A DNA stretch of 64,000 nt from an uncultured delta proteobacterium (GTDB lineage: Bacteria > Desulfobacterota > Desulfobulbia > Desulfobulbales > Desulfocapsaceae), in the NCBI GenBank assembly GCA_963847035.1, contig CAWJYH010000025.1, positions 1,190 to 65,189 on the forward strand, read 5' to 3'. Below, in pieces: positions 10,123 through 18,847 of the stretch. Under the pieces are notes generated by a model. It was not told where the DNA came from. It saw only the letters and a list, made by a program, of their open reading frames with translations, and made no database searches. A program made the translations under genes and the position numbers. Numbering within the stretch: the stretch's first letter is position 1; every line of letters starts with the position of its first letter.

Positions 10123-10270
10123 GAGCGCCTTCCCTTCGATGCCTACGAGGTTAGCTGTCGGGCTCGGGCCGAAGAGATTGCCCTACGCCGGTTTCCCGGT
10201 GATACGCCCCTTGAAATTGGGTCCCCCGTTCCCGTCCACCCGGACGGGATTCGGCAGACCGGGGCGCGAG
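10123..10270 (-). promoter_or_regulatory. c-di-AMP riboswitch (ydaO/yuaA class)
   Basis: Minus-strand RNA contains, in order and spacing, the ydaO blocks: GCCGAAUC, ACGGGGGACCCA, GGGGCGUAUC, CGUAGGG and CCCGAGCCCGACAGCUAACCUCGUAGGC. B. subtilis ydaO, from memory, has GCUUAAUC / GCGGGGGACCCA / GGGGUGAAUC / GGUAGGG / CACCCGAAUCCGUCAGCUAACCUCGUAAGC. GCGCC...GGCGC can close P1. Confidence 0.8.
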
Positions 10271-10369
10271 AGCATCTGCAATCGCGGCCCGGTCGTCATC
10301 GCGAAGCATATATACCACTTCGGAAAAAAAGCAAATCGATATTTGTCGGCAGCGTCCGGCGGCGAGGAG

Positions 10370-11425
10370 CTACTGCAGCGGTCGGAGTTCGACCCGGCGA
10401 TTGTTGGCCTTGCCTTCCTCGGTATCGTTGGTGTCGATGGGCCTGCCCTCGCCGTAGCCACGAGCGGTCATCCGGGATGCGGCGATCCCTTTGTCCAGCA
10501 GGAATTCCAGCACTGCCTGGGCCCGGCGCTGGGACAGATCGATGTTATGGACGGCTGAGGCGGTGCTGTCGGTATGGCCTTGAATTTCAACTGAAAGTTC
10601 CGGGTTCTCGCGCAGGATCTGCAGTATCCTGTCCAGGGTCGGATAGGAACTGGTCATCAGTACCGCCTTGTCGCTTTCGAATTTGATGTCCTTGAATACC
10701 CAGCTGTCGGCTTTGTCGAGGAGCACGGTCGTCACGAAATCAGCCATCGCCGCACCGGTGTCGACATCGTCGGCAGTGATGGCCTGGCCGCACCCCGTAA
10801 CCTGGCTGATCCCGGAGAGCAGGGTGCGACCGGCAGGGTCGTCGCCGATCAGCACGGTATAGATGCACAGCCGATCACCGTACTGATCGTTCAACTCCCT
10901 GGCCGCGTCCATCGGGGCATTGCCCATGTCCTTGCCGTCACTGACGACGACCAGCGCGATTTTCCCCTCGGCGCCCCGCAGATCATCCGCCACCGCCTGC
11001 AACGATTTTTCCATCGGGCTGGGACCGCCGGCCGGGACGATCAATGACAGGGCATTGGCCACCCCGGGACGTGAATAGGGGCTCGGGCCATAGACCGGGA
11101 CCGTGCTTTGAAGAGAATAGCTCAGCGAGTGGCCGAAACTGCGCAATGCAACGTTGATCGACAGCTCGGGCATGGTTTTGTTGAAACGGGAGAGCATCCT
11201 GCGGCCGATATCAAATTTTTCTACACCGTTGTGGCCTTGCGCCATCGACGACGAGGCGTCCAGGACAAGGACCAGGTTGTCGGCCTTCGGCGTCCACATC
11301 TCCTTGACCAGCGGCTTGACCTCGAAGGTCGACGGCGGCGGCACGGGCTGCTGCAGGGCGCAACCGCCGATCATCAACATCATTGCCAGAATGACTGTTC
11401 TCTGTCTCGCTCTCATGGTGCGCAT
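10370..11425 (-). CDS. OmpA-family lipoprotein with von Willebrand A domain
   Basis: Lipobox MLMIGGC, vWA MIDAS start LVLVLDASSSM, and a C-terminal OmpA_C domain (GHTDS..., NIDLSQRRAQAV, NRRVEL). Confidence 0.85.
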   Translation of the reverse strand: MRTMRARQRTVILAMMLMIGGCALQQPVPPPSTFEVKPLVKEMWTPKADNLVLVLDASSSMAQGHNGVEKFDIGRRMLSRFNKTMPELSINVALRSFGHSLSYSLQSTVPVYGPSPYSRPGVANALSLIVPAGGPSPMEKSLQAVADDLRGAEGKIALVVVSDGKDMGNAPMDAARELNDQYGDRLCIYTVLIGDDPAGRTLLSGISQVTGCGQAITADDVDTGAAMADFVTTVLLDKADSWVFKDIKFESDKAVLMTSSYPTLDRILQILRENPELSVEIQGHTDSTASAVHNIDLSQRRAQAVLEFLLDKGIAASRMTARGYGEGRPIDTNDTEEGKANNRRVELRPLQ

Positions 11426-11773
11426 ACTATCCTTTATCCAGAATTGATAATCGTTCGATCCGGGTTGTTGCCGGCAGATACCTGTGAAGTGACAAGCAGA
11501 GACGACACACCACCCTGGTCAGTTTATTCCTTGATGGACAGCGGGCTCCAGCAGTGGAGAATTTCTCTCGCTTTCTCGCTGATTCTATCTATTTTTAACC
11601 CATGACCGCAAGGTAATGGAAGATTATGCAATCGATCCTGGTATTTTTCATCTAAAAATTATTGGAATTGTAATGAAACTTATTTTTGTTGTGCGTTTGG
11701 GCGTGGGGCTGGAATGCAACATTTGAAGGCGAAAATCAATCAATATCGTACTATATTGTTCGGGGACGATATT

Positions 11774-11782
11774 TGCTATAAT
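11774..11782 (+). promoter_or_regulatory. Candidate extended -10 promoter element for nrfA
   Basis: TGcTATAAT at 11774-11782, 53 nt upstream of the nrfA ATG, in an AT-rich intergenic region. The -35 is poor (TTGTTC with a 15-nt spacer). Confidence 0.35.
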
Positions 11783-11835
11783 GAACACAACCAGCCAGTC
11801 TCTCATGTGGTTTCACTCAACCGGAGGAGGAAAAA

Positions 11836-13344
11836 ATGAAAAGATCGTGGATGTTGCTGCGTTGCAGCCTGGCGACCGTCGCCTCGTTGGCCCTGCTGAC
11901 CGTGCCGTATGTGGCCGGCGCCGCCGAACACCAAAGTGGAGGGAAGAAACCGGTGGTCAAGGAGGATGGTGTCGAAGCCAAAAATGAAGTGTGGGGCAAG
12001 CATTATCCCCGCCAGTACGCTTCGTGGAAGGAAACCAGCAAGAGTGAAACCATCGACGACATGCTGAAGAAGAAACCGCAGCTGGCTGTCCTCTGGGCCG
12101 GCTACCCCTTCTCCAAGGACTACAACGCCCCGCGCGGCCACTTCTATGCCGTCCAGGACGTCGTCAACACTCTGCGGACCGGCGCCCCGGTCAGCCCCAT
12201 CACCGGTCCGCTGCCGACCGCCTGCTGGAGCTGCAAATCACCCGATGTGCCCCGATTGATCAAGGAGGTCGGAGAGAAGGAATACTTCACCGGCAAATGG
12301 GCCAAGTACGGCAGCGAGGTGGTGAACCCCATCGGCTGCGCCGATTGTCACGACAGCAAGACCGGCGACCTTGTGCTCTCCCGTGAGTATCTCAAACGCG
12401 GTCTTGCCGCCTCAGGCGTCGATGTCGCCAAGGTCGGCAAGGCTGAGATGCGCTCGCTGGTCTGCGCCCAGTGCCACAGCGAGTATTACTTCAAGAAGAC
12501 CGAGGAAGCCGATGCCAAGGGCGACAAGAAGGTCACGATGACCGTCACCTTCCCCTGGGATAATGGCTTCAAGGGCGAGGATGTGGAGGCGTACTATGAC
12601 GGGATCAACTTCTCCGATTGGACCCATGCCATCAGCAAGGCGCCGATGCTCAAGGCCCAGCATCCCGATTACGAGCTGTACGTCAGCGGCACCCACGGCC
12701 GTCGCGGCGTGTCCTGCGCCGACTGCCATATGCCGGGCAGAACCGACGGCGACGTCACCTTCACCGACCATCATATCGCCAGCCCGCTGGGCAACATTGC
12801 CAATACCTGCCTGAACTGCCACGACCAGAGTGAAGAGGAATTCAGAAGCCATCTCGCCGTCAAGCTCGAGCGCAAGGAGCAGCTGATGGAACTCGCCATG
12901 AACGGTCTGGCCCGGGCGCATCTCGAGGCCGGCAAGGCCTGGGAGGCGGGCGCCACCGCCGAGGAGATGAAAGATATCCTCCAGGACATCCGTCACGGCC
13001 AGTGGCGCTGGGATTATTCGATCGCCGGCCATGGCAGCTATTTCCATAACCCGGAGGAGACCCTGCGGCTGCTCGCCCAGGCCAACGACCTCGCCCAGCA
13101 GGCACGGGTCAAGCTGGCGGCGGTCCTCGCCAAACACGGCGTGATCGGATATGAGGTCCCCGATTTCTCCACCAAGGAGAAGGCCCAGGCCCTGGCCGGC
13201 GTCAATCTGGCGAAAGAGGTCTCGGAAAAGCAGGCGTTCAAGGCCACACTGCTGCAGCAATGGAACAAGGAGGCAGTGGCCAAGGGCCGTCTCGATAAGG
13301 AGTCGCGCCAGGGAATGAGCGATCGGTCTTCGTACTCCAAGTAA
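11836..13344 (+). CDS. nrfA: Ammonia-forming cytochrome c nitrite reductase, pentahaem NrfA
   Basis: Signal peptide; active-site haem motif CWSCK (Lys ligand) plus four CxxCH motifs (CADCH, CAQCH, CADCH, CLNCH); conserved YFH/SEYYF blocks. Confidence 0.95.
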   Translation: MKRSWMLLRCSLATVASLALLTVPYVAGAAEHQSGGKKPVVKEDGVEAKNEVWGKHYPRQYASWKETSKSETIDDMLKKKPQLAVLWAGYPFSKDYNAPRGHFYAVQDVVNTLRTGAPVSPITGPLPTACWSCKSPDVPRLIKEVGEKEYFTGKWAKYGSEVVNPIGCADCHDSKTGDLVLSREYLKRGLAASGVDVAKVGKAEMRSLVCAQCHSEYYFKKTEEADAKGDKKVTMTVTFPWDNGFKGEDVEAYYDGINFSDWTHAISKAPMLKAQHPDYELYVSGTHGRRGVSCADCHMPGRTDGDVTFTDHHIASPLGNIANTCLNCHDQSEEEFRSHLAVKLERKEQLMELAMNGLARAHLEAGKAWEAGATAEEMKDILQDIRHGQWRWDYSIAGHGSYFHNPEETLRLLAQANDLAQQARVKLAAVLAKHGVIGYEVPDFSTKEKAQALAGVNLAKEVSEKQAFKATLLQQWNKEAVAKGRLDKESRQGMSDRSSYSK

Positions 13345-13365
13345 TCGAGGGGAGTTTATCCCCAT

Positions 13366-13410
13366 CCGAGGCATCCGGCGAGCCGTTCAGGGCAGCGCCG
13401 GATGCCTCGG
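13366..13410 (+). terminator. Long perfect hairpin downstream of nrfA (terminator-like, no U-tract)
   Basis: 15-bp perfect inverted repeat CCGAGGCATCCGGCG (13366-13380) / CGCCGGATGCCTCGG (13396-13410), 22 nt after the nrfA stop. Confidence 0.45.
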
Positions 13411-13588
13411 ATCCTCCAGGAGAAAGCCTGTCGGCCAATTGCTGGAATTGCGGGGAATGCGTGGACAGAGCGGCCGGCAGGATGCCCTGCATTTTCGTTG
13501 GCAAAAGCGTTGGCAGGGGCTCGCCGCGTCGGCGTGTCGAGTCGGTACGGGGCTGATGAGGTCCCGTACCCCTCTCACCGATGCCGGA

Positions 13589-14140
13589 TCAGGCTGAATG
13601 CTGTTTCACCCAGGCGGTGTAGCGGTCGACCCACTTCTGGAGGAAGGCCCGGCTCCCCTCGCCGATTGCACCGGACGTATCAAACATATCATCCCGCATC
13701 TGGAGGAAGGCCTCGGGCTGGCCGAGCGTGGGTACGTCCAGGCAGGCCAGGACATTGCGTAAATGCTGCTGCGCCATCGCCGTTCCGCCCGTCCCGATCG
13801 AAATACCGATGATTCCGGCAGGTTTTCCGGCCCAGGCATTCTGGCCGTAGGGACGGGAGGCGTGATCGATCGCATTCTTCAGTACCCCGGGAATCGACCG
13901 GTTGTATTCCGGGGTCACGAAGAGCAGGCCTTGTGCAGCCGTGATCTCACGCTTCAACCGTTTGACCGATTCCGCCTGGTTGCCGTCGTCATCCTGGTTG
14001 TAGAGCGGCAGATCGCCGATTTCCAGAAACTTGAAGGTGAACTCCGGTGGTGCCAGCCTGACGAGGGCATGTGCCAGGGCACGATTGAAGGAATCCTTGC
14101 GAAGGCTGCCGACGACGACGGCGATTTGATACTGACTCAT
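13589..14140 (-). CDS. NAD(P)H-dependent FMN reductase (ChrR/YieF-like)
   Basis: IAVVVGSLRKDSFNR and FVTPEYNRSIPGVLKNAID motifs of the FMN_red family. Confidence 0.85.
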   Translation of the reverse strand: MSQYQIAVVVGSLRKDSFNRALAHALVRLAPPEFTFKFLEIGDLPLYNQDDDGNQAESVKRLKREITAAQGLLFVTPEYNRSIPGVLKNAIDHASRPYGQNAWAGKPAGIIGISIGTGGTAMAQQHLRNVLACLDVPTLGQPEAFLQMRDDMFDTSGAIGEGSRAFLQKWVDRYTAWVKQHSA

Positions 14141-14417
14141 GTTTTTCTCCTTTACGTGATGTGTTTGAAGCGTGGATCGAAGCGGTGGATGTCATTTGGA
14201 CCGGAAGGGCTGCGCAGGACTCCCGGTACAGGGAACATGGAGGCATCCATCCGAAATCCTGCCCAACGAATAAATCCCAGAGTAAGTACGATTGGGGAAA
14301 ACATCAACTCGCCAAAGTGCTCAGGGTCTGGCATCAGCGCGAAAAAAAAGACCTTGGAGCGGCGAAATTCTGCCGGGAATGAATATTGTATTACTTGGGG
14401 GCATACAAGGAGGAGAT

Positions 14418-14921
14418 ATGAAAGCTTTGATTATAAGTGCCGATAAATTCGAGGACTCTGAACTGCTGGTTCCCTACTACCGGTTGAAAGAGGCGGGCGT
14501 CGAGGTGACGGTGGCGTCGATGCGCCGGGAGGCCATCTCAGGATTGCACGGCTATGAGGTGACTGTCGACAAGACCTTTGCCGAGATCAACCCCGACGAC
14601 TATGCAATCCTTGTTCTCCCCGGCGGCAAGGCTCCGGCGGCGGTGAGGAAGGAGGAGAAGGCGCTGGAGATCGCCCGCAGGTTTTTCGCTGGCGACAAGC
14701 CGGTTGCCGCGATCTGCCACGGGCCGCAGATCCTGATCAGTGCCGGTCTCCTGCGGGGACGGCGCGCCACCTGCTACCGCTCGATGGCGGATGAACTGAT
14801 AGCGGCCGGCGCCGACTATGAGGACCGGGAGGTCGTTGTTGACGGGAATCTGGTGACGTCCCGGCATCCGGCTGATTTTCCCGCCTTCCTGCGTGAGACC
14901 ATGAGCCTGCTCGGCCGTTAG
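14418..14921 (+). CDS. PfpI/DJ-1-family intracellular protease/deglycase
   Basis: MKALIISADKFEDSEL, LVLPGG and the AAICHGPQIL Cys-His pair. ATG at 14418 is preceded by AGGAGGAG; the track ORF is over-extended. Confidence 0.9.
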   Translation: MKALIISADKFEDSELLVPYYRLKEAGVEVTVASMRREAISGLHGYEVTVDKTFAEINPDDYAILVLPGGKAPAAVRKEEKALEIARRFFAGDKPVAAICHGPQILISAGLLRGRRATCYRSMADELIAAGADYEDREVVVDGNLVTSRHPADFPAFLRETMSLLGR

Positions 14922-15003
14922 CGTGTCGGGGCAGCGGGGATGCGTTGGGGATCACCTGGGCGGAATGGAGGATGCTCCCGCTGCAGTTACATCGGTGGGC
15001 AAT

Positions 15004-15031
15004 CCAGCGACTGCCTCGTCGCTGGAGTTTT
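15004..15031 (+). terminator. Intrinsic terminator after the pfpI-like gene
   Basis: CCAGCGAC-tgcctc-GTCGCTGG followed by AGTTTT. Confidence 0.6.
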
Positions 15032-15140
15032 AGGTTTGCGTGTTCATCAGCTGTTCTGCAGACAGCTATGATCTCTCGATGACGAAACGGTCATTTGACG
15101 CCGCCGCCGTCCAGGACTGTGTCATTTCCGGGACAGGCAG

Positions 15141-15419
15141 TCAGTGATCATGGTCGTGTTTTTCTTTTTCATGCCCGGAGTGGTTGTGGTCGTGATTCTC
15201 CATGTCGCTTGCAGGATGATTATGGCCATGATCATGTCCGTGGTCGTGCCCGTGGTCGTGTTCATGCTCGTGTCCATGTTTGTGGCCGTGGTCGTGTTCA
15301 TGCTCGTGCGGATGCTCATGAACGAGGCCGTCATGCTCATGGGGATGGTCGTGCCGGTGATGGTGCTCATGCTGATGCAGATGTTCGTGCGGATGTTTCC
15401 CGTCCATATCTTCCTCCAT
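15141..15419 (-). CDS. Histidine-rich small protein (putative metal-binding)
   Basis: ...MDGKHPHEHLHQHEHHHRHDHPHEHDGLVHEHPHEHEHDHGHKHGHEHEHDHGHDHGHDHGHNH...HDHDH. By my count, 37 His in the 88 residues from the MDG start (15407, preceded by GGAGGA). Alternative starts at 15419 and 15491. Confidence 0.6.
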   Translation of the reverse strand: MEEDMDGKHPHEHLHQHEHHHRHDHPHEHDGLVHEHPHEHEHDHGHKHGHEHEHDHGHDHGHDHGHNHPASDMENHDHNHSGHEKEKHDHDH

Positions 15420-15907
15420 AATCTTCTTTGGTTGTTTGCATGGAGTACCGGCCGTGTCGGCACTCGGGCGTATATTTTTTATATGCATCATTGTTGTAAA
15501 GCGGAAGGATCACCCCCTTCCATTTCTGCACCTTCTTCTCTCTGTATAAATACGGCGGCGAATTATTGATAGCAAAAACTGTGACTTTCCTTCTCCGGCG
15601 CAGGTGGTGTTTGCGGATCGCGGTTGATTTTTACCGCTCTTGGGCGGAGGTGGTGATCGCCAGGCAGCTGGCGGAACGATCTGTGCATCCCCTTCGAGTC
15701 GTGGGGCAGCCAGTTCCGGTCAATCGCGTGGACGCCGGAAAATAAATATGCCGGGTTTATATTTTTGTTGAGAATGAATCTCTTTATGAGCTAATAATGG
15801 CCTCGATAAATCACGGTGTTGGTTCGATCCGGTCAGGTCGTCCCTCTGTGTGGGGGGAGGAACCTTCAGGCCGGATTTCATGATTGTCGTTAAAAAAAGG
15901 AGAGAAC

Positions 15908-16312
15908 ATGCAGATTATTAAAGAGTTCAAGGAGTTCGCAGTTAAAGGCAATGTCGTCGACATGGCGGTGGGTATCATCATCGGGGCCGCTTTCGGTAAG
16001 ATCGTCTCCTCTCTGGTCGCCGATGTCGTCACCCCGCCGCTTGGCTTTATCCTCGGCGGCGTTGATTTCTCGAATCTGGCCATCACCCTGAAGGCGGCAG
16101 CCGATGGGGCCCCGGCGGTGGTTCTCAGTTATGGTAAATTCATCCAGGCGGTTTTCGATTTCACGATCGTCGCCGCCGCGATTTTTATGATGATCAAGGG
16201 GATCAATGCGCTGAAGAGGAAGGAGGCGGAGGCCCCGGCGGCTCCGCCTGCACCGAGCCCGGAAGAGACATTGCTGACCGAGATCCGCGACCTGCTGAAG
16301 GAAAAAAAATAG
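15908..16312 (+). CDS. mscL: Large-conductance mechanosensitive channel MscL
   Basis: [46 protein letters not shown] is the canonical MscL N-terminus and TM1. GGAGAG RBS before the ATG at 15908. Confidence 0.95.
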   Translation: MQIIKEFKEFAVKGNVVDMAVGIIIGAAFGKIVSSLVADVVTPPLGFILGGVDFSNLAITLKAAADGAPAVVLSYGKFIQAVFDFTIVAAAIFMMIKGINALKRKEAEAPAAPPAPSPEETLLTEIRDLLKEKK

Positions 16313-16455
16313 TCCCTCGTTTATATGCCTTGTGGCCCCCGGGGGGATGACTGGATGGAGCAACACAGGTACTGCGGTACGCCATCGAAGCCGTCCGGGT
16401 GCTGTCCTCGGTCAGCACCCCGGCGAGGCCTCACAGGTTTAACTGACAAAGGGAT

Positions 16456-18699
16456 TCAGTCGCTGCTCGCCTCCACTCTGCACGCTACGAAGCGATGAAT
16501 TGGGGTGCCGAGGGGATCCCGGTGGCAGCTTCCGGTCAGACGGTTGACGTTGATGCCGTACACCTCCCCCTCATAGGTTAACCCGAATCCATGGGGAATC
16601 AGTACCGTTCCCCGGCGGACGTCGTCATCCACCTCGACTTCCCCGACCTCGCTCCCGGCTGCGGTCGTCACCCGGACCCGCTGCCCGTCGCGGAGGCCCA
16701 GGGCGGTCATGTCTTCAGGATGCATCGCCACCGTGCAGGCCCTGGCGCCATTGTTCCACGCCGGATCCCGCATCAGGGTGTTGGCGTTGTACTTCATGTG
16801 ACGGCCGGCATGCAGGGCCAGGGGGAATTCGGCCGGCAGGCGCAGATCCGCCTCTTCCTGCACGGCATTCAGGGCCTTTGCCGCCGCCTCCAACTCCGGG
16901 ATATACACCTCGATTTTCCCCGAAGGTGTGCTGATCCCGGCCATCGGCTTGTCGGTGTCGGCCGCACCTACCCACAGCCCCTGCGGCGTATCGATGACCG
17001 CCTGAAACAGGCGATCCCCCTGATCGAGTCCCGGCTTGAATCCGACCCGGGCTGCATTTTCCCGCAGGGATTTCGGCGCGGTCATCAATAGTCCCCACAG
17101 CGCCGCCTTGTTGGCGCTGTTCCACTCCGCGCCCAGGGTCCTGGCCAGGATGAACGGCATCTTCGACCGGATGGCCGGTTCCTTCGCCGCCCATTCCATC
17201 AGTTTGGCGCCGAACAGCAGCCGGTTGCCCGGCGCGGCTGCCCGAACCTCGTCTGGAATATCGGGGATGAAGCCGAGCTTGTCGGCAAGGTCGGTAAAGA
17301 TCTGCGATGCCTCCCGGCAGTCCCCCGGCGCGTTCACCAGCGGTTGCCGCATCTGGAAGTAGACGCCGGGGTAGGTCCAGGGGAAAAAGGTGCCGTCCCA
17401 GGATTCATAGGGGTTGCGGCAGGGCAGGATGTAATGGGCGTATCGCGCGGTTTCGCTCATGACGATGTCGCAGACGACGAGCAGGTCGAGTTTCTCGAAG
17501 GCCTTCTCGTAGGCGGTGGTGTCCGGATAGGAGCGAAGGGGGTTGCAGCCGCTGATATACAGGGCCCGCAGGCGCTCCGGGTGATCGTTCGAGATCTCTT
17601 CCGGGACCACTGCCGGCGGAAAGGACCCGGCCGCCGCCGGCGGCATGTTGGTCGCGATCGTCCGCCAGGTCTTCGGATCCCGTTCGTCGGCATGGAAGCC
17701 GAGCGGCATGACCATGCCGGGGATCAGGTTGCCGCCGCGGACCCCGAATATGCCGCAGACCGCGCCGAGGATATTCAGCAGATACGAGTTGAGGGTGCTG
17801 TGGCGGCCCATATAGATGCCCAGGTCCGGATGCATGCACCACCGCCGGGTGGTCATCAGGCGACAGAGCTCGACCACCTGATCATACTCCAGCTGGCAGA
17901 CGGCAATCGCCGCCTCGACATCGAACCCGGCAAACCAGGGTCGGATCGTGGCCATACCTTCGACATGATGTTCCAGGTACTGCGTGTTCTCCCACCCCAG
18001 TTGCAGGATGATCGCAATCATCGCCTTCATCAGCAGGGCGTCGGTCCCGGGACGCAGCGCCAGGTGCACATTGGCGATCCGCGCGGTTTCGCTCTGCCGC
18101 GGGTCGATGATCACCAGCAGCTTGGCGGGATTGCCGGCGATCTTCGTCAGCACCCGGGGCGCCTCGGGCATCTGGTGGCTCTGCATCCCGTTCCACCCCC
18201 AACCGACCAGCATCTCCGTTTCATGCTCGTCGGGAATGGCGATATTGTACTGCTTGCCCAGCATCCGCCCGTAGACCCACCAGGCGCCGCTGAACTCCTG
18301 GCCGGCGGAGGAGTACAGGTATTGCGAACCCAGCGAGCGGAGCAGGGACAGGCCGAAGGCCGCTTCGAAGTGGCCGCCCTGGGAACTGGCGCCCATATAG
18401 GCCAGACATCGCGGTCCGTGGGTATCGACCAGATCCCGCATCCTGGCGGCGATCTCCGTCGTGGCCTGGTCCCAGGATATGGCTTCGTATCTTTCTCCCA
18501 CCCGTTTGAGGGGGGAGGTCAGGCGACCGTTCTGATACTGGTAGTGCAGTATCTTCATGCCCTTGCGGCAGGCATAGCCTTTACTGCGCGGGTTATCCTT
18601 GTCCGGTCTGACCTTGATCATCCGGCCGTCTTCGACAAGGATCTCCAGGCCACAGTTCTGGGCACACAGGATACATCCGGTCTTTCGCCATTCTTTCAT
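16456..18699 (-). CDS. Molybdopterin (bis-MGD) oxidoreductase, cytoplasmic, substrate unknown
   Basis: N-terminal 4Fe-4S motif C-x2-C-x3-C-x27-C (CILCAQNCG...GYAC), molybdopterin-binding domains, and a C-terminal beta-barrel domain (RVRVTTAAGSEVGEVEVDD). No Tat signal. Start at MKEWRK (18699). Confidence 0.85.
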   Translation of the reverse strand: MKEWRKTGCILCAQNCGLEILVEDGRMIKVRPDKDNPRSKGYACRKGMKILHYQYQNGRLTSPLKRVGERYEAISWDQATTEIAARMRDLVDTHGPRCLAYMGASSQGGHFEAAFGLSLLRSLGSQYLYSSAGQEFSGAWWVYGRMLGKQYNIAIPDEHETEMLVGWGWNGMQSHQMPEAPRVLTKIAGNPAKLLVIIDPRQSETARIANVHLALRPGTDALLMKAMIAIILQLGWENTQYLEHHVEGMATIRPWFAGFDVEAAIAVCQLEYDQVVELCRLMTTRRWCMHPDLGIYMGRHSTLNSYLLNILGAVCGIFGVRGGNLIPGMVMPLGFHADERDPKTWRTIATNMPPAAAGSFPPAVVPEEISNDHPERLRALYISGCNPLRSYPDTTAYEKAFEKLDLLVVCDIVMSETARYAHYILPCRNPYESWDGTFFPWTYPGVYFQMRQPLVNAPGDCREASQIFTDLADKLGFIPDIPDEVRAAAPGNRLLFGAKLMEWAAKEPAIRSKMPFILARTLGAEWNSANKAALWGLLMTAPKSLRENAARVGFKPGLDQGDRLFQAVIDTPQGLWVGAADTDKPMAGISTPSGKIEVYIPELEAAAKALNAVQEEADLRLPAEFPLALHAGRHMKYNANTLMRDPAWNNGARACTVAMHPEDMTALGLRDGQRVRVTTAAGSEVGEVEVDDDVRRGTVLIPHGFGLTYEGEVYGINVNRLTGSCHRDPLGTPIHRFVACRVEASSD

Positions 18700-18847
18700 C
18701 GGGTTCCTCTTGGCATTGGGTGAACGGACTGGCTGCAGGACTGCTCCTCTACTTACCCCTTGCAGGATGTGGAATAAAAGCGGCATAAATGCCATATACC
18801 GTGCATAAAAGGCCATTCGGGCCTGAAGGGATCAAGAGGAGAGATCA

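Noticed and set aside
9850-10686. Several 60-190-aa ORFs on both strands in the trkH leader and over the start of the OmpA/vWA gene.
   Set aside because: The region is explained by the c-di-AMP riboswitch, its terminator and the 3' end of the OmpA/vWA gene. The ORF products are Arg/Pro/Gly-rich.
11722-11740. An FNR/CRP-like site upstream of nrfA (TTTGAAGGCGAAAATCAAT).
   Set aside because: The half-sites do not fit TTGAT-N4-ATCAA at the required spacing, since the second half would read AAAAT. There are too many mismatches to call.
15095-15569. Plus-strand ORFs over the His-rich gene (108 aa and 141 aa, for example MIMVVFFFFMPGVVVVVILHV...).
   Set aside because: They are the complement of the CAC/GAC/CAT repeat, giving Val/Met/Ser runs, and have no start context. 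The minus-strand reading has an SD and a coherent repeat structure.
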